Below, piece by piece: positions 9,650 to 18,353 of a stretch of 64,000 bases of DNA (positions within the stretch are counted from its first letter, which is position 1; the number at the start of each line of letters is the position of its first letter). Source of the stretch: a virus; IMG/VR virus record IMGVR_UViG_3300008261_000125, positions 1 through 64,000 of that record. The stretch is one strand, 5' to 3'. The notes beneath the pieces are model-generated. The model worked only from the letters and a program-made list of their open reading frames with translations. It was not told the origin of the DNA and did not search any database. The translations under genes and the position numbers were made by a program.

Positions 9650-10071
9650 CTTGGATATACAAAGGTAATTCATTTACAGATGAACATATACCAGACAATG
9701 CTATAGGATTTGTATATGCAATGTCAGCCATAATTAATGGTAAATCTGTAATATATATTGGTAAGAAGAACTTTTATGCTAGTACTAAAACAAAACTAAG
9801 CAAGAAAGCTATGCCTACTGATAAAAGACTTAAAAAGTATAAAAGAGTCATCAAAACTGCATATCAAAACTATTACAGTAGTAATGAAGTATTAAAACAA
9901 GCCCATAAAGATGGGGTAAGAATTAAACGAGAAATCTTAAAGATATGCTTTAGTAAAAATGAATTGACTTACCAAGAGGTTAAACATCAATTTACACTAG
10001 GTGTATTAGAAAGTGATTATTATCTAAATGGTAATATACTTGGTAGATTTTATAAAAACAAAATAAAATGA
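9646..10071 (+). CDS. GIY-YIG-type nuclease
   Basis: GFVY...IYIGKK, YYSS, REIL...E and YLNGNI motifs. Confidence 0.7.
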   Translation: MTWIYKGNSFTDEHIPDNAIGFVYAMSAIINGKSVIYIGKKNFYASTKTKLSKKAMPTDKRLKKYKRVIKTAYQNYYSSNEVLKQAHKDGVRIKREILKICFSKNELTYQEVKHQFTLGVLESDYYLNGNILGRFYKNKIK

Positions 10072-10415
10072 GTTGGCAGAAAATAATATTAACTCTTAAA
10101 GACAGAAATGTAGATCAAATAATTGTAAATTATAGTGGTGGTGGAGATAGTGGTGCTATTGATGGGGTAGCATTTTTTATAGATGGTCATGGATATAATC
10201 CAAGTGAATTAAATATTGATCTTTCATTAATTGATGAGATAGAAAAATTAACTTATCCTTTATTAGATGATATAGAAGATTGGTATAATGATGAAGGAGG
10301 TTATGGTTCTGTAAATATTAATGTAAATAATTTTGAATATGAAATAGAAAATCATATACAATATACTTCCTATGAAGATTATAATCATTCTGGTAATTTG
10401 ACAGATTTAGATTAA
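10068..10415 (+). CDS. conserved hypothetical protein (DUF6878-like)
   Basis: YSGGGDSG...DWYNDEGGYG signature; family recalled, not searched. Confidence 0.6.
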   Translation: MSWQKIILTLKDRNVDQIIVNYSGGGDSGAIDGVAFFIDGHGYNPSELNIDLSLIDEIEKLTYPLLDDIEDWYNDEGGYGSVNINVNNFEYEIENHIQYTSYEDYNHSGNLTDLD

Positions 10416-10762
10416 TGGCACATCCATTTGACCATAGTAGAAGTTCAGCTAAGAAATATGGTGGTGAACCTGAAGAGTATTTAAAATATCATGAATGGTT
10501 TGATGAAACTAAAGGTTGGGTTGGTCATTCTTTACATAGAATGTTCAGACATCATAGTGAAGGTATATTTGAACTTGAAAAGATATTTGGTAAGTACTTT
10601 GTAAATTCAGTAGGAAAAAGAGTGTACACTAGGTACATAGGAGAACAACATGTAAAGGAAGATTGCAATGGGCATATTCCCTCAGCCAAAGAGTGGTTAG
10701 ATTGTATTACTAAAAATAAATTAGAAGTATGGATGACCAAAACACTAAAAATAGAAGATTAA
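10415..10762 (+). CDS. His-rich conserved protein (DUF6915-like)
   Basis: MAHP..H..SS.KKYGG, HEWFDETK, HRMFRHH and GEQHVKED; family recalled, not searched. Confidence 0.65.
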   Translation: MAHPFDHSRSSAKKYGGEPEEYLKYHEWFDETKGWVGHSLHRMFRHHSEGIFELEKIFGKYFVNSVGKRVYTRYIGEQHVKEDCNGHIPSAKEWLDCITKNKLEVWMTKTLKIED

Positions 10763-11169
10763 ATAAAACAAAATTAGATGATGAGATTTATAAGAATTTA
10801 AGTAAAATGCTAAATGCTACAGAAGAAGATAGAATGGTGGCATATGCTTGTTTAAATACTGTAAATCAAACAGAGTCTCTAATTTATACACTGTTCTTAA
10901 GAAAAGAATCAAAGTATTTATCAGAATGGGTTAAAAATTGCCCAAAGGTTGTAAGTTATCATAACTCATATGGGATTGCAAAAGATAGTAATATCATAAC
11001 ATTTCCAACTATTTACTCCATTTTAAAGAAAGTGACAAAAGAAAACAAAGATGAAAAGATCTTAAAGTTCTTCTTGTCAAAATTTGCATCATTTATAAAA
11101 GAGTCATTGATGTTTGATTTTATAGAAGATGTAGAAATAACCTATAAACTAAAAGATGATGAAAAATAA
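10729..11169 (+). CDS. hypothetical protein sharing a helical motif with 14676 and 15172
   Basis: EIYKNLSKMLNATEEDRMVAYACL. Confidence 0.7.
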   Translation: MDDQNTKNRRLNKTKLDDEIYKNLSKMLNATEEDRMVAYACLNTVNQTESLIYTLFLRKESKYLSEWVKNCPKVVSYHNSYGIAKDSNIITFPTIYSILKKVTKENKDEKILKFFLSKFASFIKESLMFDFIEDVEITYKLKDDEK

Positions 11170-13467
11170 AGCAGAAGAGCTTGCAAAAGCTAGTAAAGAT
11201 CTAATGTTAAAAGAAAGTTTTTATGGTCTATTTCTTATAATGTTAAATAAACAATGGAGTACTAAAGTTCCTACAGCAGGTGTAAGTAGAAATGGTGTAA
11301 ATTTTCAATTATATCTTAATGAAGAATTTTGGCAGAGTCTTACTCCAGATCAACATATAGGTTTACTGAAACATGAGCTCAAAGGGCTCCTTGTACAGTA
11401 ATGTACATGTAAAAAGGTTTAAATTGCAGGGAGTTCCTTAAGTTTTATCTACTAACTGATCATAGTAATATAGATCAAGGCACTGCTAACTACAGTGGTA
11501 TAGTAAAAATGATAAAAATTGGATAATCTGCAGCCAAATCTCTTGAATAATTAAAGAATTAGTGGTATATTGCAACATAATACTTTGCATATGACTACTG
11601 AAAAAGAAAAACAGCTAATAAACTATTATATAATGCAGAAACTATCTGCTGATAAAATAGCTAATCTTATGTGTATAAACAGAAAAACTGTATATGCTAC
11701 TTTAAAAAAGAATAATATAAAAGCAAGAACTATAGCTCAAGCAGCTATGAAATATTCTTGTAATGAAAACTTTTTTGAATTAATTGATACAGAAGAAAAA
11801 GCCTACTGGTTAGGTGCTTTATATGCTGATGGTAATGTTTCACAGAACAAAACAGGATCTGGCAAGATATTTTTATCTTCTAAAGATTATAAATGGATTG
11901 AAAGATTTATGAGAAGTATAGAATCTACAAACAAGCCTACTAGAGAGTTTCATAAAAAGTATCAAAAAGAGATATGGAAAGCTCAGATAACATCTACAAA
12001 GATGTTTAATGATCTAGTAAGATTGGGTTGTATACCTAGAAAATCAATGATAATAACCTTTCCTGAGTTACCTTCAAATTTAATATCCCATTTTATCAGA
12101 GGATATTTTGATGGTGATGGTACAGTAGGGATATATCAGAATCTTAAAAAGCATAACTGGAAGATCTTAAAATCTGGAATTTGTTCAGGTTCTGAGCTCT
12201 TTTTGAGAGAACTGGTGACATATTTACCAACAAAAAATAAGAATGTAGTTTTTAATAAGTCCTTGTATGTTATTCAGCTTTCTTTAAAAGACAGCATTTT
12301 GTTACATGATTATATGTATAAAAATGCTAATGTTTTTCTTATAAGAAAAGCTGTGATATTTACAACTTATTTAAGCAAATATTATTCAAGAGAGAGGTTC
12401 AACGACTATAATAACCTACCCTAATGGGGTAAAGGAATAGTCTGATCTTACATGAAAATGTAAGCTAACACAAATGATTGCATATAGCATTTTTTCATGT
12501 TACAGATTTTGAACATTTGACAAATAAAGAGATTGCTAACATAGCAATGGATATTGAAATTAATCAATATATTGATGAGAAATTTCTTCCTCCTGGACCA
12601 TGCTTACTAAGCACTTTCCCAGAGCTTAATTTAGAACCTAAGAAAGGTGCTAATTATTATTATGAGAAATTATTACAAGCATCTCAAAATCCAGAACAAT
12701 GTCCTAACTTAGATAAAATGCTTGCTAATGCTCCAGGTTATCAGGTTAAAGTAAGTATTGATGGTGATGGTGATATTGAAGTATCTGTTCCTGACCATAG
12801 TTCATGGGAAGAGTTTGAAGATTTAGATGAAGCTACTAAAAAGCTAATCAAATCACAAACAGAGCATATATTAAAAGAAGTTGCAGATCAAGTAGAAAAA
12901 TCTCGTGGACATGTTCCAGGAGAATTAAAAGAAATCCTAGAGAAAATTTCTCAACTAGAACCTCCTAAATTTAATTGGAGAGGATATTTAAGAAGATTTG
13001 TAGGAGGAAGTATAAAGACATTCACAAGAATGTCAAGGCACAAGCCTAATTTTAGATTTATTGAAAACCCAGGTTTAAAACACAAAAACAGAAGAAAAAT
13101 CCTGGTAGCTGTAGATACTTCAGGTTCAGTTAGTACTAATGAACTTAAAGAATTTCTTAATGAAATAAACCACATTCAGAGAACTGGTACAGAAGTTATC
13201 ATTGTTCAATGTGATTCAGCAATATCATATATTGGTAAGTTTAATCCTAAAGAGGACTTTAAAATACATGGTAGAGGAGGCACTAGCTTTCATCCTGTTA
13301 CTGATTATTATGATGAGAATCATAAAAAGTTTAATTGTTTGATTTATTTAACTGATGGTGAAGCATCTGCACCTGAAAAGTGTAAAGGTCCAGTATTATG
13401 GGTTATATCAAGTCAATCAAGAGAACTTAATCCAGACTTGAAAGGTCTACAAATTCAATTAAATTAA
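11156..13467 (+). CDS. HExxH metallopeptidase-like plus vWA protein (DUF2201-like), spliced 11156-11379 + 12477-13467 (404 aa)
   Basis: Splicing restores LKHELLHIAFFH; NIAMDIEINQ; vWA motifs VAVDTSGSV, GRGGTSF and YLTDGE. Confidence 0.9.
11380..12476 (+). mobile_element. group I self-splicing intron (1097 nt) with a homing endonuclease
   Basis: P1 GAGCU-CAAA-GGGCUC with a U.G splice pair at 11379; P4 TTGCAGG/TCTGCAG; P3 AGGTT/AACCT; P7 GACTAT (12404)/ATAGTC (12437); P8; P9 CTTACAT-GAAA-ATGTAAG; terminal G at 12476; exons join in frame. Confidence 0.93.
11591..12424 (+). CDS. intron-encoded double-motif LAGLIDADG homing endonuclease with an N-terminal HTH
   Basis: AYWLGALYADGNV and HFIRGYFDGDGTV; HTH LSADKIANLMCINRKTVY; TTG 11570 is an alternative start. 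Confidence 0.9.
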   Translation: MTTEKEKQLINYYIMQKLSADKIANLMCINRKTVYATLKKNNIKARTIAQAAMKYSCNENFFELIDTEEKAYWLGALYADGNVSQNKTGSGKIFLSSKDYKWIERFMRSIESTNKPTREFHKKYQKEIWKAQITSTKMFNDLVRLGCIPRKSMIITFPELPSNLISHFIRGYFDGDGTVGIYQNLKKHNWKILKSGICSGSELFLRELVTYLPTKNKNVVFNKSLYVIQLSLKDSILLHDYMYKNANVFLIRKAVIFTTYLSKYYSRERFNDYNNLP

Positions 13468-13485
13468 TATTAAAAACTAAAAATT

Positions 13486-14673
13486 ATGTCTACAACAAAT
13501 AACAAAATCAGCTTATCTTCAGAAGAATTAAAATCTTTCTTAACTTATATTTATAATAACAATAAAACATTACTAGAGAAAAACTTAGCAGTTCAAACTG
13601 TGAATGTTGAGGGTGAAGCTGGTGGTGGTAAGACTTCTACTATTTTACAATTAGCTGAAGAGTTAGGGTTGGAATTAGTAAGAAGAAACTTAGCAGAATA
13701 TGAAGATGTATCTGACTTAGTTGGTTATCCATGTAAAGAGCATGAAATGGTTGGTAAAGATGGTAATGTTAGATGGGTAGTAGAAGGTACTATGCCTCAA
13801 TATATTACTGCAGGGTATAAACCAACAAGTAATAAAAGAATGACTCATGCTGCTCCTGAATGGGCTCAAGGTAGAGTTAAGCCAGTATTGTTATTATTAG
13901 ATGATTATAGTCGTGCTAGTGAGAAATTCATTCAAGCTACTATGACTTTAATAGAAACTCAATGTTATAATAGCTGGTGCTTACCAAAAGGTTCATTTAT
14001 TATATTAACTTCTAATCCAGATAATGGTAATTACAGTGTATCAGCATTAGATGCAGCACAAAAGACTCGTACAATTAATGTTAATTATAAATTTGATATT
14101 AATGCATGGGCTAGATATGCAGAGAAAACAGGTATTGATGGTAGATGTGTTAACTTCTTATTATTACATCCAGAGTTAATGGAGAATGATAGTATTAATG
14201 CTAGAACTGTAACTATGTTCTTTAATTCATTAATGTCTATTAGTAATTTTTCAGATGAGTTACCATTGATTCAACAATTAGGTGAAGCAACTACCAATCC
14301 TGAGTTTTCTACTTTATTTACAACATTTATTAATAACAAGTTGGATAAATTAGTTACTCCTAAAGATATGTTATTACACCAAAATGAATCTTATATTATT
14401 GGAGAATTAAATAGTTGTATTGGTACTAACTCTGATTATAGAGCAGATATTGCAAGTGTATTAGCAACAAGGTTAATTAACTTTACTGTTAACTATGCAG
14501 AAAGCAATACTATTACTCCGGCTATTATTGATAGATTAACTAAATTCTGTACTGGAGAAGTATTTACAAATGATTTAAAATATATCATTGTAAGAAAGAT
14601 TATCAATAGTAATAAACAAAAATTCCAAAAGTTAATGTTGAATAGTGAAATTGTTAAAATGGCAATGAAATAA
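13486..14673 (+). CDS. MoxR-like AAA+ ATPase
   Basis: GEAGGGKT Walker A, LLLLDDYSR Walker B, TSNP and LDAAQKTR; adjacent to the vWA gene. Confidence 0.85.
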   Translation: MSTTNNKISLSSEELKSFLTYIYNNNKTLLEKNLAVQTVNVEGEAGGGKTSTILQLAEELGLELVRRNLAEYEDVSDLVGYPCKEHEMVGKDGNVRWVVEGTMPQYITAGYKPTSNKRMTHAAPEWAQGRVKPVLLLLDDYSRASEKFIQATMTLIETQCYNSWCLPKGSFIILTSNPDNGNYSVSALDAAQKTRTINVNYKFDINAWARYAEKTGIDGRCVNFLLLHPELMENDSINARTVTMFFNSLMSISNFSDELPLIQQLGEATTNPEFSTLFTTFINNKLDKLVTPKDMLLHQNESYIIGELNSCIGTNSDYRADIASVLATRLINFTVNYAESNTITPAIIDRLTKFCTGEVFTNDLKYIIVRKIINSNKQKFQKLMLNSEIVKMAMK

Positions 14674-14675
14674 TT

Positions 14676-15170
14676 ATGACTGATACACAAGAAAAAGTAC
14701 TAACAGCTTCTCCAATAAATGGGGAGGCTGTTGTTATTAATGAAGAGATTTATAATTCATTAATAACAATGTTTAAAAGCAGTAATGAAGAAGACCATCT
14801 TATGGCAAGACTTATCCTTAATACATGTGATATTAAAAAGTCTATTTATTGGATATGGTTATTAGCCAGAAGTGGTGGATGGAATGTGTTAAATAAAATG
14901 GTTTACTTAAGAACCAAAGCAAGTAGAAATTTTAGAGATTTAAGTAGAATTTTTCATATCTATTCTAAGTCTCCAAGAGAATTTGCAACTTTTTTAGAAA
15001 ATGAGAAGTGGTTAACTCCTGAAATTTATCAATATCTTGAAGAAGCTATTATAAACACTACATGTTCTCAAGTGAGAAATAGGTTTTATGATGTGACTAT
15101 CAAAATCAAAGATGAGTACAAACATTTAGCTAGTAATACAGAAATAATAACAAATATTAAAGAAGATTAA
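14676..15170 (+). CDS. hypothetical protein (vWA/AAA module associated)
   Basis: EIYNSLITMFKSSNEEDHLMARLILNTCD. Confidence 0.75.
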   Translation: MTDTQEKVLTASPINGEAVVINEEIYNSLITMFKSSNEEDHLMARLILNTCDIKKSIYWIWLLARSGGWNVLNKMVYLRTKASRNFRDLSRIFHIYSKSPREFATFLENEKWLTPEIYQYLEEAIINTTCSQVRNRFYDVTIKIKDEYKHLASNTEIITNIKED

Positions 15171-15171
15171 T

Positions 15172-16272
15172 ATGGAAAAACAAGAGTATTTATATTTAAA
15201 AAATTATAATAAAAATAATGTTGCATTTGAAAAAGTTTGTTTAGTAAATTCAAATTCAAACTTTATTATGCAGTATGCTCCTACTAAGGGAGATGTTATT
15301 TACATTCATCCTGATAGTGTTATTCCAAGATTTAAAATGAAACAATTTTGTGAAACTCATGAGGTTAAAGTAACTAGAGATGTTAAGAAAGCTAATATTA
15401 TATTTAGTTGTAAAAAGGCTTTTGAAAGTTTTACTATTAGTACACATTCACCACACTTGTTTAAAAAATCTTCATTTTATAATTTTGTATCTACATACAA
15501 TCTTCATTTTTATAATGAATTTGTAGAGGAATTAAAGAATGATCCTCAAGATTGTTTTATCATCCCTTATAATTTTGTATACAATTGTAATTCTAATTAT
15601 TATGGTAATGTTTTAGGTCCAGGTCAAAGTTATGAATTTAAAGAAGAAGGTGATTATGATGAAGATTATAAAGGCTATAAAAGAATAGACTATTTTGAAA
15701 TAGATGATGATAAAAATTTAATATTAATCTCTTCTACTGATTTTGATGAATATAATTTTTGGTTAAATAAATCATATGATGAAAAAGCTTTAACCTCAAT
15801 ATTAAATAACAGTTTGGTGTTGGATCAAGATATGTATGAGGGTTTATGTAATTTATTTGCTAGTTCTGATACATCAAATCATATTATGGCAATGGAATCA
15901 ATGGCTAATTGTGATTATAGAGAGTCTGCTAGTTATTTGTTATTATTATTTAGTGAATATTATAAACAAATGTATGCTAGTAAAACTAGAAATCATGTCA
16001 ACTTTAAAAGTTTGTTACAATTCTTTGATATAACATTACATAGATACATGGATTTAGATGGTATATTTAGAAGATTATTAGATTTAAAATTAGTTACTAA
16101 ATATCATATTGATATATTAACTCCTAAAGTAATAAAAGAATCTAAAGGTTATTTTCCTACTAAGTATTTTGAATTTTCTAAAGTTATACCTAAAACTGAA
16201 ATTCAAAATATATTAGATAAAGAACAAGAATTATTACAATCTAAAGAAGAAGAAACAAACATTACATGGTAG
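15172..16272 (+). CDS. hypothetical protein (vWA/AAA module associated)
   Basis: 366-aa ORF; DMYEGLCNLFASSDTSNHIMAMESMANCD. Confidence 0.8.
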   Translation: MEKQEYLYLKNYNKNNVAFEKVCLVNSNSNFIMQYAPTKGDVIYIHPDSVIPRFKMKQFCETHEVKVTRDVKKANIIFSCKKAFESFTISTHSPHLFKKSSFYNFVSTYNLHFYNEFVEELKNDPQDCFIIPYNFVYNCNSNYYGNVLGPGQSYEFKEEGDYDEDYKGYKRIDYFEIDDDKNLILISSTDFDEYNFWLNKSYDEKALTSILNNSLVLDQDMYEGLCNLFASSDTSNHIMAMESMANCDYRESASYLLLLFSEYYKQMYASKTRNHVNFKSLLQFFDITLHRYMDLDGIFRRLLDLKLVTKYHIDILTPKVIKESKGYFPTKYFEFSKVIPKTEIQNILDKEQELLQSKEEETNITW

Positions 16273-17279
16273 ATACAAAATTACAAAAGACTCCTGCTGA
16301 ATTAGAGCAGGAGTTTTACTCTAAACCTTATAACATAAGTTATTCAGGTTTAAACAAATTGGTTTATTCACCAACTCTATTTTATAATCATTACATACTC
16401 CAACAAAGAGAGGATAAAACAGATTCATATCTTGTAGATGGAAAAGTTATACATTGTTTATTGCTGGATGATGGAAGCTTTGACACTAATTTTGTTCTCT
16501 TACCCACATCTCTACCCACTGGCAACTCTAGACTTGTAATTGACAAAGTATTTGCTCAAGCAAATGACAACTCAGGAAAACTCTCAGATCATACTCAGGT
16601 TATATTGGATATTTTAAAAGAAATAAATCTACATCAATCTCTTAAGACTGATGAGCAAAGAGTTGCTAAAATAGTTACAGAAGAAAATGATAGCTATTTT
16701 GCATTTTTAGCTACAAAGGGTAATAGAGATATTATAGATTCAGAAACATTACAAAGATGTTCACAATCAGTTGATTTACTTAAGAAAAACAATAAAGTAT
16801 GTGATTTATTAGGTCTTTTCACATCTGGACTTGAAAACTTTCAAATGTTTAATGAGATAAGTTTATCTGTAGGAAGTGATGTAACAAATAGACCATTTGG
16901 ACTTAAAGGTGTAGCTGATAGTATTCAAGTTAATCATGATAAAAAAATAATTTTTATTAATGATTTAAAGACTACTAGTAAAACTATTACTGATTTTCCA
17001 GAAACAATAAATGTTTACAATTATAACCTGCAGGCAGCTATCTACTATTGGCTTGTTTCAGAAAAATTTAAGGATGTTATTACAGAAGATTGGGAGTTAA
17101 TTTTTAATTTTATTGTAATAGATAGGTATGATCAAGTATATTGTTTTGAAGTATCAAAAGAAACTATATTGAAATGGCATGATGAGCTATTAGATAAGTT
17201 AGATGAAGCCTCATGGCACTATAATAACCGTAACTACAAACTCCCTTATAGATTTGAAATTAGCCCAGTAATTTTGTAA
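16266..17279 (+). CDS. PD-(D/E)XK exonuclease (RecE/DUF3799-like)
   Basis: SYSGL, GKVIHCLLL, KGVAD...INDLKTT and YNLQAAIY motifs. Confidence 0.85.
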   Translation: MVDTKLQKTPAELEQEFYSKPYNISYSGLNKLVYSPTLFYNHYILQQREDKTDSYLVDGKVIHCLLLDDGSFDTNFVLLPTSLPTGNSRLVIDKVFAQANDNSGKLSDHTQVILDILKEINLHQSLKTDEQRVAKIVTEENDSYFAFLATKGNRDIIDSETLQRCSQSVDLLKKNNKVCDLLGLFTSGLENFQMFNEISLSVGSDVTNRPFGLKGVADSIQVNHDKKIIFINDLKTTSKTITDFPETINVYNYNLQAAIYYWLVSEKFKDVITEDWELIFNFIVIDRYDQVYCFEVSKETILKWHDELLDKLDEASWHYNNRNYKLPYRFEISPVIL

Positions 17280-17292
17280 CTTAATAATCACT

Positions 17293-17859
17293 ATGGCTAT
17301 AACATCATTGTACAAAGACTATTTCCAAAAAAGCAGAATTTTTGTTTATCCACAATTGGGAATAGAAAAAGGAGTAACTGCTACTCCAATCCAAACTTAT
17401 ATGTCCTGGAAGAACCAGTACACAATTCACGAAGTAAAATTAGTATGTGTTTATCACTTAAGAAATGATTTAGAATTTAGAACATTTGAGAAAGACAGAT
17501 TAATAAACAATAAGTTATTCTTTGATTTTAAAGAAATTGAAGATAATAAAGCTGTTTATGTATTTGATTTTTTTGAACATTCTGATGACTGGAATTATAT
17601 CATTAATGGTAAATATTCAAAATTGAGTGCATCTTATAAGAAAAGAATTGAACAGTTCATTGGTAAAAGAAACCCTAATTATGCTCATATAGAAAGTTTT
17701 CTTTATCCTGAAAAGTATTATAAGATGTATTCAGAAATTATGGATGTGAAAGAATCTTTATTAAAAGAGGTAGGAGAGTTATGCTCAATTATTGATTTTG
17801 ATAAAGAAACTTTAATTGCAGACATTAAAAGCTTGGAATTAAAAAACAAAATGTCTTAA
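17293..17859 (+). CDS. hypothetical protein
   Basis: 188-aa ORF; GKYSKLS motif. Confidence 0.75.
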   Translation: MAITSLYKDYFQKSRIFVYPQLGIEKGVTATPIQTYMSWKNQYTIHEVKLVCVYHLRNDLEFRTFEKDRLINNKLFFDFKEIEDNKAVYVFDFFEHSDDWNYIINGKYSKLSASYKKRIEQFIGKRNPNYAHIESFLYPEKYYKMYSEIMDVKESLLKEVGELCSIIDFDKETLIADIKSLELKNKMS

Positions 17860-17883
17860 TTTGTAAAAACAAACCAACAAAAA

Positions 17884-18291
17884 ATGAGTTCAGAAAAATC
17901 AATGATGGTAGTAACCTCCAGAAGAAATGGTGCTCCAACCTTTAGAATGTTGCCAATTAATAATGAATGTCCTTATATTGAGGTATGTTATATTCCACAA
18001 GCTGAAGCTTTAGTTATATTTCATAAACATCAAGTACAAGGATTTCATGCAGTTCCTCAATTAGACTCAAATGGTGATTCTGTAAGAGCATTAAAACCAA
18101 GACCTAATGGTAGTGAATTTAAAGAAGAAAGAAAAATGTTAACAACTTCTCATGAATTTTATATTACTGAGAAATCAGAAATTAAAGATTTTGTAAATTA
18201 CTTTGCATTTAATTCATTTAACTATGAAAAGTTTATGATTAAATCAACAATAATTACACCAGAACAACCTAAGATTATTCTTAATTCTTAA
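17884..18291 (+). CDS. hypothetical protein
   Basis: 135-aa ORF followed by a terminator. Confidence 0.75.
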   Translation: MSSEKSMMVVTSRRNGAPTFRMLPINNECPYIEVCYIPQAEALVIFHKHQVQGFHAVPQLDSNGDSVRALKPRPNGSEFKEERKMLTTSHEFYITEKSEIKDFVNYFAFNSFNYEKFMIKSTIITPEQPKIILNS

Positions 18292-18312
18292 TGTTTAACA
18301 CCTAACTATAAG

Positions 18313-18337
18313 AAGGGTAGAGAAATCTACCCTTTTT
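18313..18337 (+). terminator. rho-independent terminator
   Basis: AAGGGTAGA-GAAA-TCTACCCTT hairpin plus T run. Confidence 0.85.
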
Positions 18338-18353
18338 GTTTCAAAACTATTTT

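Noticed and set aside
12478-13467. Stand-alone gene starting at TTG 12478 (and stand-alone 11156-11401)
   Set aside because: These are the two exons of one intron-split gene.
5290-16033. Alternative-frame or antisense ORFs at 5290, 6048, 7066, 10552, 12951, 14493, 15256 and 15836 (also 21268 and 49329)
   Set aside because: They overlap well-supported genes and have no independent signals.
17253-17276. Promoter TTTG...TAATTTTG upstream of 17293
   Set aside because: The spacer is only 12 nt and the site lies within a coding region, so it is too weak to call.
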